This document shows positions 21,405-31,955 of a stretch of DNA of 64,000 nucleotides, piece after piece. Location of the stretch: positions 1 to 64,000 of IMG/VR virus record IMGVR_UViG_3300027708_001885, one strand, 5' to 3'. How positions within the stretch are numbered: the first letter of the stretch is position 1; the number at the start of each line of letters is the position of its first letter. This DNA comes from a virus. The position numbers and the translations under genes were made by a program. The notes under the pieces were generated by a model. The model was not told the DNA's origin, did no database searches, and worked only from the letters and a program-made list of their open reading frames with translations.

Positions 21405-21636
21405 CGCTGAGAATCTTTATAACTTTTTTCTTTTCTTGTTCCCGTAGCCATTCTTCTTCCGGAGCAAAGGTGGGGCAACGCTTTAGTGCATCCTCAAGGA
21501 TCCACTTTAATCTGTAAAGGTCTTGTTTTGCTCCCCACTGAAGATAACTATCTATCCTCATGTCCGAAGCATCGTATGCGGCAGCATTGATCTCACGTGC
21601 CGCGTTTGTGATGTTATACGAAAATTTAAATCCCAT
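21394..21636 (-). CDS. Hypothetical protein
   Basis: ORF directly after TTGACC-17-TATAAT promoter. Confidence 0.6.
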   Translation of the reverse strand: MGFKFSYNITNAAREINAAAYDASDMRIDSYLQWGAKQDLYRLKWILEDALKRCPTFAPEEEWLREQEKKKVIKILSDDF

Positions 21637-21673
21637 GCTAAATTATAACATGGGATTTATTCTAGGTCAAGAT

Positions 21674-22015
21674 TTAATTAGCTCGATAGATATGTTCTTC
21701 TGGCTCTTCGTCCGAACTCATCATAATTGCGGCTGCTTCTACCATTCGAACTTCTAGGATAGAATCATCCTCTTGCTTTACTTCGACTGTGCGTGTCCAT
21801 CGCCCGTGTTCAACTAACACCCACTCGCCAATTTGGACATCTTTTTGGTCTGGACCAATCGCCCATACTCGACCCCAACGCGGACTAATACCTTGTGGCT
21901 TACCATTGGCAGTTGGAATAACAATCCCTGATGCAGTTTTTTGATCGCCAAATTCCATGTCGCTAACAAACACTCTATCATGTAGAGGTTTGATTGTTCC
22001 TAGTACTACTGTCAT
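21674..22015 (-). CDS. groES: GroES-like co-chaperonin
   Basis: IKPLHDRV, TASGIVIP, AIGP. Confidence 0.88.
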   Translation of the reverse strand: MTVVLGTIKPLHDRVFVSDMEFGDQKTASGIVIPTANGKPQGISPRWGRVWAIGPDQKDVQIGEWVLVEHGRWTRTVEVKQEDDSILEVRMVEAAAIMMSSDEEPEEHIYRAN

Positions 22016-22269
22016 TTTGTCCTTCTCGAAGTTGGTTGTTCTTCAACTTCTGTTTTTGTTTTAACTGGTTCTACCATGTCTGGTTTCGCTTTTGGATTAT
22101 CTTCATAATACTCGGCTAAAACGTCCTCACGCTTTCTAACAATTTTCCCACCTGGGCCTAGTTCATCCCCACGTGCATTAACTTTGACATTACCTACTGC
22201 GGGCATCAATTCATTTTGCCTCATCAGTTTGTCCATGTCAATTTCTTTACCCTGCATTGATCTTACCAT
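22012..22269 (-). CDS. Hypothetical protein
   Basis: ORF with strong RBS. Confidence 0.7.
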   Translation of the reverse strand: MVRSMQGKEIDMDKLMRQNELMPAVGNVKVNARGDELGPGGKIVRKREDVLAEYYEDNPKAKPDMVEPVKTKTEVEEQPTSRRTK

Positions 22270-22279
22270 TTTATTCTCC

Positions 22280-22795
22280 TTATTTTAAGAATTCTCTAAT
22301 ATCTAGATCATATTTGATACTGTCTATTTTATGAACTCCAATTAGATATAGCACATAACTTGCAACACTGCTACCACGTCCTACACCCCATACAATGTTA
22401 TTTTCACGCATTGTATCTACTAAGTATTTAAGGTATCTCAGTAGGGGTATCATATTATGTTGGCGGAACAGTACTAGCTCATCCACTAAACGTTCGTAAT
22501 TTTGTTCAGGACATTGATCGACTAAAAAACCCTCTATGTCCATGCTTTTGTATTCTTCGGGCATAAACCAATTTTCTTGATTTGCTCGATCAAATAAATC
22601 TAACGATTCTGCGGGCTGTTGATATTCTTCTAAATTATCAAAACTATCTTTGTTTAGATTCTTTGCAGAATTAAATTGGTCTGTGGTAGCTTTATCCAAA
22701 TGGATATTTTTAAAATCTTTAACTTTACCGTTATAAAGATTCTCAAATAGTTCTTCAGGTGTTAGAAATACTGCGCCGTATTCGTTGATATTCAT
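22280..22795 (-). CDS. DNA polymerase III alpha (DnaE) fragment
   Basis: WGVGRGSSVASYVLYLIGVHKIDSIKYDL; ends before the catalytic PDID motif. Confidence 0.8.
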   Translation of the reverse strand: MNINEYGAVFLTPEELFENLYNGKVKDFKNIHLDKATTDQFNSAKNLNKDSFDNLEEYQQPAESLDLFDRANQENWFMPEEYKSMDIEGFLVDQCPEQNYERLVDELVLFRQHNMIPLLRYLKYLVDTMRENNIVWGVGRGSSVASYVLYLIGVHKIDSIKYDLDIREFLK

Positions 22796-22826
22796 ACTTA
22801 CATTTTACAGGCCTTCGCCCGAGAAG

Positions 22827-23069
22827 TCAAGAATCTACGTTGATAAAATCGTCTAAATTTTTATTTTGGCTATTAAATTTTCGAGTAGCTTGAGAATGCC
22901 GGTGCGCTTGTTCAGCCTTATATGCTTCTAGAAGAACGCCCAATTGTTGCATCACTCCTCCCATACCACTCCTTGCTGCAAAAAAGTATTTTTGCATAAG
23001 CTCAGTAATCTTTTTGTCTATATCTTCATTTTTTAAATTAGACAAATCCGGAAGTAGCGGATTGAACAT
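22827..23069 (-). CDS. Hypothetical protein
   Basis: ORF in operon. Confidence 0.6.
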   Translation of the reverse strand: MFNPLLPDLSNLKNEDIDKKITELMQKYFFAARSGMGGVMQQLGVLLEAYKAEQAHRHSQATRKFNSQNKNLDDFINVDS

Positions 23070-23070
23070 T

Positions 23071-23634
23071 TTACATTACTTGCCAAGCTAAGATTTTGCC
23101 GTTGCCAGCATCCGGAGTGAACAATTCCCATACGATTGGTCTTGTTTGAGTGTAGCTAACTGTTGACCCAGCAATGCCTATATCTAAGAAAGTCACCGGA
23201 CCGCCAAAACTGACAATAGTAGTAGACGCTGATGTGGGCGTAATTTCTAATCTAATTGTACCTAGCTTTCCAGTCGGCGGCCAATTTTGCACAGTAAAAA
23301 TATATGTAGCAGGATCTACCGAATATTGTTGATAACTGCCTTCTGCGTAGTTAACAGTGATTGTTCCAGTAGTTCCGTCAAATGCTCCTGCATTATTAAC
23401 TACCTGGGATGCGCCCTGTAATGCTGCTCGCTTGATAACATTGTTACCAAAATCATTTTGTGCATTTAGACTTACAGAATTCGTTTGTAGTTCTGTAAGC
23501 TCTTTGGCCGCTGAAGAAAACGCATTCTGTATTTTGGAAAAATTATTACGAAATCCTTCAGAATCGTTATCTTGTCCTGCAATAGGGAAATGCGTATTAA
23601 TTTGATTGCTATAATTGGTAACTGTACTAGACAC
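23071..23634 (-). CDS. Probable virion (tail/baseplate) protein
   Basis: FP.AGQDNDS.GFR.NF N-terminal motif, beta-rich body, next to tail fibre. Confidence 0.6.
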   Translation of the reverse strand: MSSTVTNYSNQINTHFPIAGQDNDSEGFRNNFSKIQNAFSSAAKELTELQTNSVSLNAQNDFGNNVIKRAALQGASQVVNNAGAFDGTTGTITVNYAEGSYQQYSVDPATYIFTVQNWPPTGKLGTIRLEITPTSASTTIVSFGGPVTFLDIGIAGSTVSYTQTRPIVWELFTPDAGNGKILAWQVM

Positions 23635-23658
23635 TATTAACTCCGATGTTTTTACTAT

Positions 23659-26193
23659 TTACTGAATTTTCTTTTTAAGGTCTTCAACTTCGGCTGACAA
23701 CTCTTTAATAGCTTCGATCAATAACGGAATAATTCTTTCATATTTGACTGTTAAGTAACCATCTTCTTTTTCGACAACTGCCTCTGGAAGTACATCTCGA
23801 ATTTGCTGAGCAATAACGCCTACTTCTTTAGTGGTAAGATCTTTGTTAATGGCCAGTTCATTCCAATTGTATGTAACTCCGTCTAACATCAAAACTTTAG
23901 CCAACCCGTTATCAATATTTACAATGTTAGTTTTTAATCTGCTATCCGAAGGACTACCGTAGTATGCGGTAATTTCACTTAGACCATATATTTGCCCACC
24001 AACATACAAATCTCCGCCAATACCAACACCGCCTACAACTTGTAATGCTCCAGTAAAAGTATTAGTTGATACTGCTGCACTAGCAATAGTAACAGTACCT
24101 GCAAATTGTACATCTTTCGTATTAGCAGGTACAGTAATAGCAGTACCTGCAGAACTGGATATTATAATCTTTCCGCCACTCTGATTATTCTTAAGTTCAA
24201 AATTACCACTAGAATTAGTGTATTGTAGGTATGCAGATCCTGGCGCGCCAGCGCTCCAGTTATTAAAAAAGACTGATGCTGTGGCTACCGTATTTCCGGC
24301 GCTGTTGCCTAAATATAAATTAGCCTGGCCGCCGCCTACAGTATTACCTGTTGGTCCTATAAACAAAGAGTTAGTTGCATTTCCTGGAGTTGTTATATAT
24401 AAATTTTTGCCGCCGTATATGTCGCCGCCGATGCCAACGCCGCCACGAACTTGTAAAGCACCAGTGGTAGTTGATATAGCAGAAGTGGTATTAGTAATTG
24501 TAAATATTCCGGCGTATGGGCTAGTAATGCCTCCACTGCTACCACCATAATTAACACCGTACCCGAGTTCACCATTGGATGTGTTATAATAAACAATATA
24601 TGAAGAAGTGTTATTAGCCAAACCGCCTACATATAGTTTTCCACCGATACCTGCGCCGCCACGTACTTGCAATGCACCACTTGACGTTGATGTGGCACCG
24701 GTTAAGCTGGTTAATGTTAGTGTATTATTGTATGTAGGAGCATTTGTTCCGTTGCTTACAAGAACATTTCCCGCTGTACCTGGACCAAAGAAACTTGTAA
24801 CACTTGTAGCTGTTTGAAATGGAACTTGTCCAGCAGTCCCACCTGCAATATTAGATGCAGTGGATATTGTTCCTATAATACCAAGGGGATATATATTCCC
24901 CCCAACATATAAATCTCCACCGATACCTGCGCCACCCGCAACAACTAATGCACCACTGGTAGTAGAATTGGATGTAGTGGTGTTATATGTTTTTATGATA
25001 TCGTCAGTGACTACCAACGTTGTTGTTATGGTTGTTAATTGAATATCTAATTCTTGCGCAACAATTTTCCCACCAACATACAAATTGCCGCCAATACCAA
25101 CTCCGCCTACAACTTGCAATGCACCACTTGACGTTGATGTGGCACCGGTTAAGCTGGTTAATGTTAGTGTATTATTGTATGTAGGAGCATTTGTTCCGTT
25201 GCTTACAAGAACATTTCCCGCTGTACCCGGACCAAAGAAACTTGTAACACTTGTAGCTGTTTGAAATGGAACTTGTCCAGCAGTCCCACCTGCAATATTA
25301 GTAGCTGTACTAACAGTATCAATATGTAAAATACCGCCGACCCACAAATCACCTGCAATACCAACTCCGCCCCCAACTACCAACGCACCGGAATATAAAC
25401 TAGTTGCCGAAGTAACATTAGTCAAGGTCATTCCGCCAGCAGTTAATGACTGGCTATTTGTGTCGTATGTTAATTCTTGTGCAGCACCTAATGTAGCATA
25501 ACCGCCTGCTCCAATTGCCATAGCAGGATAACGTATAGCTGGATTTGTCGAAGTGGTTAATTGGTTGATAAACAACTGATCAACCGAGACGGCGTATCCT
25601 ACTTTTAATGTACTAGTAGATGCCCAATTGGCAGTCACTCCGTTACTTTGCAATAGCGTACCATTGGCTCCGATAGGAATAAATGTTGTTACACTAGTTG
25701 CAGCTTGAATTGCAATCGATCCAGTATTTCCGCCAGCTAAGTTAGTTGCTGTATTGTTTAATGGCCCAGTTACACCTTGTGGTCCAGTTACACCTTGTGG
25801 TCCTTGAACACCCTGTGGTCCTTGAACACCTTGTGGTCCTTGTGGTCCAGTTACACCTTGTGGTCCTTGTGGTCCAGTTACACCTTGTGGTCCTTGTGGT
25901 CCAGTTACACCTTGTGGTCCTTGTGGTCCAGTTACACCTTGTGGTCCTTGTGGTCCAGTTACACCTTGTGGTCCAGTTACACCTTGTGGTCCTTGAACAC
26001 CCTGTGGTCCTTGAGGTCCCCTAGGACCGGTTGGCCCTGTTGGCCCGTTAGGTGTTTGTAATAGCGCCCTTGCAGTAGGAACATCCATCATTTGATTAAC
26101 AGCTGAATCTTGTGCTAAAATGTAGGTGGTTAATTCGCTCGGCTCAGTTAAAATCGGCAATGATACTAGATTTGGACGTGGTGTTGTGGTCAT
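23659..26193 (-). CDS. Tail fibre with collagen region and C-terminal intramolecular chaperone (peptidase S74)
   Basis: Gly-X-Y run, GALxVxGGxGIGG repeats, SDSRLK cleavage motif, GVIAQ, terminal coiled coil. Confidence 0.9.
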   Translation of the reverse strand: MTTTPRPNLVSLPILTEPSELTTYILAQDSAVNQMMDVPTARALLQTPNGPTGPTGPRGPQGPQGVQGPQGVTGPQGVTGPQGPQGVTGPQGPQGVTGPQGPQGVTGPQGPQGVTGPQGPQGVQGPQGVQGPQGVTGPQGVTGPLNNTATNLAGGNTGSIAIQAATSVTTFIPIGANGTLLQSNGVTANWASTSTLKVGYAVSVDQLFINQLTTSTNPAIRYPAMAIGAGGYATLGAAQELTYDTNSQSLTAGGMTLTNVTSATSLYSGALVVGGGVGIAGDLWVGGILHIDTVSTATNIAGGTAGQVPFQTATSVTSFFGPGTAGNVLVSNGTNAPTYNNTLTLTSLTGATSTSSGALQVVGGVGIGGNLYVGGKIVAQELDIQLTTITTTLVVTDDIIKTYNTTTSNSTTSGALVVAGGAGIGGDLYVGGNIYPLGIIGTISTASNIAGGTAGQVPFQTATSVTSFFGPGTAGNVLVSNGTNAPTYNNTLTLTSLTGATSTSSGALQVRGGAGIGGKLYVGGLANNTSSYIVYYNTSNGELGYGVNYGGSSGGITSPYAGIFTITNTTSAISTTTGALQVRGGVGIGGDIYGGKNLYITTPGNATNSLFIGPTGNTVGGGQANLYLGNSAGNTVATASVFFNNWSAGAPGSAYLQYTNSSGNFELKNNQSGGKIIISSSAGTAITVPANTKDVQFAGTVTIASAAVSTNTFTGALQVVGGVGIGGDLYVGGQIYGLSEITAYYGSPSDSRLKTNIVNIDNGLAKVLMLDGVTYNWNELAINKDLTTKEVGVIAQQIRDVLPEAVVEKEDGYLTVKYERIIPLLIEAIKELSAEVEDLKKKIQ
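25764..26047 (-). repeat. Collagen-like GPQGVT coding repeats
   Basis: Periodic in-frame repeats. Confidence 0.95.
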
Positions 26194-26231
26194 GGTTTTA
26201 ATTCGCTCACATTATTTATTGGAAAAATAAT

Positions 26232-27233
26232 TTATGCAAGTTTTGTATTCCTGCTCAATAATAGATATTTAGCACCGGTTTCGTTTTGTACATCTTTGAC
26301 AATTAACCTGTCTAACTCAAAATTAATAGTATTAAATTTAAATCCGCTCTCGGATATTTTTCTTATTATGGTACCACTCTTGCCGGGCAACACATAACAT
26401 AGTGGTATAAACGGAATGTATCCTAATTTAACAGCATCTCCCTGTTGTACATAGTTTGTAAAACTAGGGTATCTCGCTGTTGAAATAGTAGAGTTTTCTG
26501 CAATCCTACTTCTCATATTAGGGATACTAGGAGGATAATATGTAGCACCGTTATATGTAAATGCCAAAGGTATACTTATTTTGGTCGTATTAACATGTTT
26601 GTCAATTACATCGAGATATATGAATTCGTATTTTACGGTACCATCTGCATTCTTAGCCACGGCAGTTTTAATTCCTCCAACAGACACTGCTCTTTTATAG
26701 AAATTTGTCGAAGTGATCTTGGCATATTGTTCGTAGGTGAGTTTCTCCACTCCAAAATCTAAATAAATTATTAGATCTTCGTGCCTCCCAAAATTAGGAT
26801 CAAATGGCCTATACAACATATTTGTGGGAAAAATAGATTCATTTCTAATAAAATTTCTAAAACCGTCACGTTTATCCTGTGATAAAAATGGTCTACAATA
26901 AATGTCTGTACGATCAATATTTTCTTTTTGATTTACGGTAATAGAAAATTGACCAGTTAATAATGCTTTATTGTTAGGATCTGTGACTGAAACAATAAAT
27001 GTGCTAGTTTCTGTAAAACTATTTCTATATATATCTACATTTACCTGGCCGCTAATCGTACCATCTCTTTCCATCAATAGACCTGACGGTAATACACCGT
27101 TTGATACAGTATATTTAGGATAAAATGTAGATGTATTAGCCAATGCATTGACATATAATTCACTAATTTGGCCAGGTAGCAATGTTCCTAAACTTCCAGT
27201 AGAAGCCCAGGTTATGGTAGTAATTCCGCTCAT
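26232..27233 (-). CDS. Probable baseplate/structural protein with N-terminal Ig-like domain
   Basis: LPSGL....GTISG motif. Confidence 0.6.
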   Translation of the reverse strand: MSGITTITWASTGSLGTLLPGQISELYVNALANTSTFYPKYTVSNGVLPSGLLMERDGTISGQVNVDIYRNSFTETSTFIVSVTDPNNKALLTGQFSITVNQKENIDRTDIYCRPFLSQDKRDGFRNFIRNESIFPTNMLYRPFDPNFGRHEDLIIYLDFGVEKLTYEQYAKITSTNFYKRAVSVGGIKTAVAKNADGTVKYEFIYLDVIDKHVNTTKISIPLAFTYNGATYYPPSIPNMRSRIAENSTISTARYPSFTNYVQQGDAVKLGYIPFIPLCYVLPGKSGTIIRKISESGFKFNTINFELDRLIVKDVQNETGAKYLLLSRNTKLA

Positions 27234-27378
27234 ATTGCAACTCCGTAATTGATCAACGGATTAAATGTGTTATTAATCATTCCAGTATTTGGCCCAGTAT
27301 AAGGTATTTACCTAAAATCTAAGATCAATAATTCTAGAAGGTTAAATAAAGTATCACTTAATTCAAAAGGATATTACT

Positions 27379-27720
27379 ATGTTTAAGAAAATTAAAGAGT
27401 TTTTTGTAGGCAAGCCAGCTCCTGCTCCTGCACTAGTTGAGTCTGCACCATACAAAGTACCAGAACCAGCTGCTACAACACCAATTCCGTTGGTAGTTGA
27501 AGAAGTTAAGGTTGAAACACCTGCTACAGTTGTAGAAGCTGTTGTTGAAGTTGCTCCTGCGGTAGAAGCTCCTGTAGCTATTGAGACACCTGCCAAGAAG
27601 CCACGTAAACCACGTGCTCCTAAAGCTGCTCCTGCAGAAAAACCAGCCGCAAAAAAAGCAGCCCCTAAAAAGGCTGCTGCTATTAAAGCTGCTCCAAAAG
27701 CTAAGTCAAAGAAGGCTTAA
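27379..27720 (+). CDS. Protein with histone H1-like Lys/Ala/Pro-rich C-terminus
   Basis: Acidic EV/AP middle, PAKK/KKAA tail; TAAATA and RBS upstream. Confidence 0.7.
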   Translation: MFKKIKEFFVGKPAPAPALVESAPYKVPEPAATTPIPLVVEEVKVETPATVVEAVVEVAPAVEAPVAIETPAKKPRKPRAPKAAPAEKPAAKKAAPKKAAAIKAAPKAKSKKA

Positions 27721-28734
27721 CTTTCGAGCTTGATCAGCAAGGGCAAAACTCGAAAGATTTTTGCCTTTACTCTCTGCCATAATGTCGAACTGATCTAGAA
27801 AGCTCAGGGCCCATTCATTTACTGCTGTATTCCAGTAGAAATCTGAGTGTGCTCTGAGCTTTTGTTTTTTGTGTCCCAGCGCTATTAATGCTTTAAAATC
27901 TGGCATTACATTGGTATCGTGGCCAGGAAGCCAATCTTCTCTGCTAACAGAATAGTGCATAGTGGGTCGAACATCCCGCCAAGAACCTACAACACGTTGG
28001 GCAAAGATTGATTTAGGATCTAGATATAGACCTTCACGGCACCAAAAATGGTGAACGTCTAACACTATAGGTATAATGTCGGAAAGCTCAAGGCAATCAT
28101 CTAGTCCCCAGGCGTTTTCTTCGTTTTCGATTGTGATACAGTTTCTTGCTTCGGGGCTAAGTCTTTGGTAGGCAGCGCGAATACCTTCGGGACCGGCTCT
28201 ACCCGAGATGTGGACATTGATTTTAAAGTCCTGAAATGATTTACCGTAGCCCATGTACCTGGCCATATCTGCATGATATTCAAACTCCTCTATACTTCGA
28301 TTGACAATGTCGGAATTATCGCTGGCAAGGACAGTAAATTGTCCAGGATGGAAGCTAAGCCGAACATTATTGTCCCTAGCACTGTTGCCAATAGTGATAA
28401 AATTTTTATTGCAATAGTTAACAACATCGCTACGACGCCAAAAATAACTCCAGTCGCGTTGGGTATAAACAGGCAAAATATCACTGCCAAGCCGAACCAT
28501 CCTAAGATTTTCATCAAGACCACCTACACGTTCAACGAGCTTGCGAACAGCTTCGATATTACCTACCATTAGGTCCCATAGCTTTTGTTCTGCAATTTCT
28601 TTGCTCTGTCTATTTAACCATGCGACAGTAGTACTGCTGGTATTATACTGTTTGGCATCATCGTTGGGTTTGATACCATTAACTTGTGCAGGAGTGTCGA
28701 TCCACTTGCAGGCAAATCCGATTTTTTTAGTCAT
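27706..28734 (-). CDS. uvsE: UV-damage endonuclease UvsE
   Basis: IGFAC, RLSFHPGQF, TIENEE, LDVHH, HYS, AHSD, MAESKGK. Confidence 0.92.
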   Translation of the reverse strand: MTKKIGFACKWIDTPAQVNGIKPNDDAKQYNTSSTTVAWLNRQSKEIAEQKLWDLMVGNIEAVRKLVERVGGLDENLRMVRLGSDILPVYTQRDWSYFWRRSDVVNYCNKNFITIGNSARDNNVRLSFHPGQFTVLASDNSDIVNRSIEEFEYHADMARYMGYGKSFQDFKINVHISGRAGPEGIRAAYQRLSPEARNCITIENEENAWGLDDCLELSDIIPIVLDVHHFWCREGLYLDPKSIFAQRVVGSWRDVRPTMHYSVSREDWLPGHDTNVMPDFKALIALGHKKQKLRAHSDFYWNTAVNEWALSFLDQFDIMAESKGKNLSSFALADQARKLSLL

Positions 28735-28827
28735 AAAATAACACTTAAACAGAATATAATTAAAGCAATGCCTGGATTACCTGTTATAAAGGCAAATATG
28801 GCCAGTATTGTTCCATAGAACATATGA

Positions 28828-29001
28828 TCACTTCCCATCTTGGACTTTCTGGATGCTCCAAGAGCCATCCTTGTTGTCAATCCATTCTAAAGTATCGCCT
28901 TCTACCCAACCCTGTAAGTCGAGTAGTTCTTGAGGCAGAGGTAATACAAGATCACCACTGCCGTCATCGGCTTCTTCGATATTCACAGTCCAGTGTGTCA
29001 T
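28828..29001 (-). CDS. AbrB/MazE-like small DNA-binding protein (57 aa, not in ORF track)
   Basis: Translates as MTHWTVNIEEADDGSGDLVLPLPQELLDLQGWVEGDTLEW... Confidence 0.65.
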   Translation of the reverse strand: MTHWTVNIEEADDGSGDLVLPLPQELLDLQGWVEGDTLEWIDNKDGSWSIQKVQDGK

Positions 29002-29225
29002 TGCATTCTAAAGTCGTTGAATTTAATATTAATGTAAACAATGATGGCATCCACGGCCGCCCAAACATAATTTTCCCTGTATAGATTATCGATACAGCTA
29101 AGAGACAACCAACCAACCAAAAACCATGTGATCGCATCTTGATTGCGAACGTACCAATTACGAAATTGACCCATAATACTCTCCTTGTAAAACACTATTG
29201 TACACGATTTTACGGAAATAGTCAA
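28998..29225 (-). CDS. Small membrane protein
   Basis: Two hydrophobic segments; true start probably MGQF. Confidence 0.55.
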   Translation of the reverse strand: MTISVKSCTIVFYKESIMGQFRNWYVRNQDAITWFLVGWLSLSCIDNLYRENYVWAAVDAIIVYINIKFNDFRMQ

Positions 29226-29369
29226 TCTGACTTTTTATCAGATTGTACAATACCGTATTGTCTGTATAACCAGGCAATAAAATTTTCAATGGGCAAGTTT
29301 GGACCCACTTGATCCGAATACACTTTATATGCGATACTTACTCGCTCTAACCAATCTTTATCTTTCATT

Positions 29370-29531
29370 TTAATTCCAGTGTCGAACAACCCCTGCTATA
29401 ATAAAGCAGTTTGTAATAATATATGATAGCACAATGGCGGTGCGAAAACAAGCAATACGATCAGATTCTCGATCTGTAGTGCCTGCTTTCTCACCTAGTG
29501 CTTTAGCCCAAATGCGCCATAGTTGTTTCAT
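29370..29531 (-). CDS. Small membrane protein
   Basis: [12 protein letters not shown].. plus one TM helix. Confidence 0.6.
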   Translation of the reverse strand: MKQLWRIWAKALGEKAGTTDRESDRIACFRTAIVLSYIITNCFIIAGVVRHWN

Positions 29532-29706
29532 AGGTGTTCCATAATTCAAGAGCCTTGGCAGGATAAATCTGCACAGATCCCTTTTCAGTAGAACTTTCAA
29601 CTGCATAACCTTCTGGAGTTAATTCAGTTGAGTATGTACCAACAACAGTCCCGTGCCATTGCGACCCGGAAACCTTTTTAACTAAATCACCTAATTTAAA
29701 TTTCAT
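29503..29706 (-). CDS. dfrB: Type II (R67/DfrB-family) dihydrofolate reductase homologue
   Basis: [30 protein letters not shown]....GSVQIYP..AL closely matches the R67 DHFR core. Confidence 0.88.
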   Translation of the reverse strand: MKFKLGDLVKKVSGSQWHGTVVGTYSTELTPEGYAVESSTEKGSVQIYPAKALELWNTYETTMAHLG

Positions 29707-30209
29707 GCAAATAAATCCTCATTCCATTCACGGTGACCTTCACGGAAAGCCATATTGGCCTGTGTTTCGCGAACCTCTACGCGATAACACCATAAACGAT
29801 TGTGCTCACCTAGCCCCCACATGTCGGGGATATAAACACCATTTACATATTTGTATAGCATGTCTGCCAAACTCTCACATCCTAGTCTAGGCAAGATTGT
29901 AAGTTTAGCCAACTTACGTCGTTCCATTTCTTTATAAAACTCAAGTTCCGGATCATCTTGAGATACCAATGTGGTATGATCAAATTGATCCTCTAGAATT
30001 TTTTTGAGTTCTTTTAGGCCGCCGTAGTCAGCCGCCCAATTGCGGACATCTAGGTCGTTAGTACCAAAGTAAAATTTCATGCTAAATGAATAGCCATGAT
30101 TTAGATTACAGTGACTGTCGGCTCTCCATTGTCTATACGCACATGGAAATGCGTCAATGTATTCTTTAGTTGATGTGTACTTATATTGTACGGGTTGTAG
30201 ATTTGCCAT
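29703..30209 (-). CDS. queD: 6-carboxytetrahydropterin / 6-pyruvoyl-tetrahydropterin synthase
   Basis: [21 protein letters not shown]. Confidence 0.85.
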   Translation of the reverse strand: MANLQPVQYKYTSTKEYIDAFPCAYRQWRADSHCNLNHGYSFSMKFYFGTNDLDVRNWAADYGGLKELKKILEDQFDHTTLVSQDDPELEFYKEMERRKLAKLTILPRLGCESLADMLYKYVNGVYIPDMWGLGEHNRLWCYRVEVRETQANMAFREGHREWNEDLFA

Positions 30210-30298
30210 CTCTAGTCTCCTTTATTAAGGTAGCAAGTTTGACGACATGCAGAGTATTTTAAGTGGGATGAAAGTCGTAAAGTCCACTGGCATGTTAT

Positions 30299-30943
30299 TT
30301 ATTGCTGTGTGCGATGCTCAACAACTTTATCAGCAAGACCGTATTCCACCGCCTCTGCGGCACTTAGGAATGTATCAAACTTCATCGTGTCAAACATCTC
30401 ATCATAGGTTTTACCTTTGGTATTATGCTTAACATACAACTCTGTTAGACGTTCATTGATACGTTTAGATTCTTCGAAGCTACGTTTAGCATCCTCAAAC
30501 TGCAAATCCTGAACATGAACTGATCCGCTTGTGCCACGTGTGCCTGAACTAACACGATGAATCATCGTGCGTGATTCTGGCAACACATAACGCTTACCTG
30601 GGGCACCTGCCATGGCAAGGAATGAACCCATACTGCAAGCCTGTCCCATGACGTAGGTGCAAACATCTGGTTTAATAAACTGCATAACATCATAGATACT
30701 CAAGCCGGCAGTGACAAGGCCGCCCGGGCTATTGATGTAAAGGTGGATGTCCTTCTCTGAATCAGCACTCTCCAAATGTAGCAACTGTGCAACAATCAGA
30801 TTAGCAGTGTGATCATCAACTCCACCATTAAGAAATACAATGCGCTCGTTGAGCAAGCGGCTAAAAATATCAAAGGCACGTTCGCCTTGACCGGTCTTTT
30901 CGACCACCATTGGTACCAGTTGTGAATACATATTAAAAATCAT
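30299..30943 (-). CDS. clpP: ATP-dependent Clp protease proteolytic subunit
   Basis: [23 protein letters not shown] (Ser), MIH (His), EAVEYGLAD. Confidence 0.95.
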   Translation of the reverse strand: MIFNMYSQLVPMVVEKTGQGERAFDIFSRLLNERIVFLNGGVDDHTANLIVAQLLHLESADSEKDIHLYINSPGGLVTAGLSIYDVMQFIKPDVCTYVMGQACSMGSFLAMAGAPGKRYVLPESRTMIHRVSSGTRGTSGSVHVQDLQFEDAKRSFEESKRINERLTELYVKHNTKGKTYDEMFDTMKFDTFLSAAEAVEYGLADKVVEHRTQQ

Positions 30944-31340
30944 CCTTTATTGTTGTTGTATTTGCGAGTCCCGCAATAATTTGAAATTGTTCCCACGCTC
31001 GCTTTACTGCAGGATTACTATCAATATCGTGTGATGATAGGCTAACCTCCATCCAGTAGTAGTCCATCCGGCGAGGACGAGTTCCAAACTTACGAGGTTG
31101 ATGTAGTTTGCCCTGTTCCCATAGATCAATACTAACTTCTCGGAAACGACTTTCGTCCTCGTCTGGGTAATTCGCCCATTCTGGATTCTGCCAGTGGTAT
31201 CCTTCCCAAATGCCTGCCCATTGTTCGTCATCGCGTGGATCAAAGTCAGTGCGACTAATAACAACTAGAACATCGTTGATATCCACAACACCATCTACGA
31301 TGTCTCGAACACAACGACTATAACTCAAACCTATACGCAT
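30933..31340 (-). CDS. Hypothetical protein
   Basis: ORF in operon. Confidence 0.65.
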   Translation of the reverse strand: MRIGLSYSRCVRDIVDGVVDINDVLVVISRTDFDPRDDEQWAGIWEGYHWQNPEWANYPDEDESRFREVSIDLWEQGKLHQPRKFGTRPRRMDYYWMEVSLSSHDIDSNPAVKRAWEQFQIIAGLANTTTIKDDF

Positions 31341-31342
31341 AT

Positions 31343-31588
31343 CTATGCCTTATCCTGTTCATATTGTTTAATCATTCGGTACACTGGTTCCATTTTTGCC
31401 TGGAACAATTCAGGTGCTTTTTCTTCGGCCAATTGCATATCATATGTGGTAGGAAAATGTCGAAGGCAATACATTGCTTCTTCTCTAATCAGTTTAGGAA
31501 CACGCGGAGTATGTGCTGGGTTAATCAAATTTAACAACAATTGTCTAGTTCGATTAATTGCACAATACCGTTCGTCAGGGAGTGTCAT
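31343..31588 (-). CDS. Hypothetical protein
   Basis: Likely start MTLPDER; CLRHFP motif. Confidence 0.65.
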   Translation of the reverse strand: MTLPDERYCAINRTRQLLLNLINPAHTPRVPKLIREEAMYCLRHFPTTYDMQLAEEKAPELFQAKMEPVYRMIKQYEQDKA

Positions 31589-31955
31589 TACGAGCCTTTT
31601 CTCTTTCTTGATGATGGGCTTCACATAATACTTTATGCCAGCCAACTTGACGAGCCTCGCCAGGTTCACCACAGACTTCACATGTGACTTCACTTATGGC
31701 TTCTGCCATATCGACTAGTCCAGAAACATATTCATCACCGCCGTCATAATAGAACCGCAGTGATCCAAACTTTTCCTTGACCTGTGTCACTACTACCTGC
31801 GGAATTTCCTTCTTCCAGTTAAGATGACTTTGGATATTACGGCACAGCATATTGATGATATTGAACCATCCGTTATTGCACTCGACGCCCCAAAAATCTT
31901 CAGGGAACATCTGTGGATATACCTTTTTTAGGTAGTCTTCATTTTCCTGCTTCAT
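31575..31955 (-). CDS. Conserved-type phage protein with CxxC
   Basis: QVKEKFGSLRFY, CEVCG. Confidence 0.75.
   Translation of the reverse strand: MKQENEDYLKKVYPQMFPEDFWGVECNNGWFNIINMLCRNIQSHLNWKKEIPQVVVTQVKEKFGSLRFYYDGGDEYVSGLVDMAEAISEVTCEVCGEPGEARQVGWHKVLCEAHHQEREKARNDTP

Noticed and set aside
30210-30295. Canonical preQ1-I riboswitch before queD
   Set aside because: Lacks the characteristic stem-loop and A-rich tail; reported only as an unknown motif
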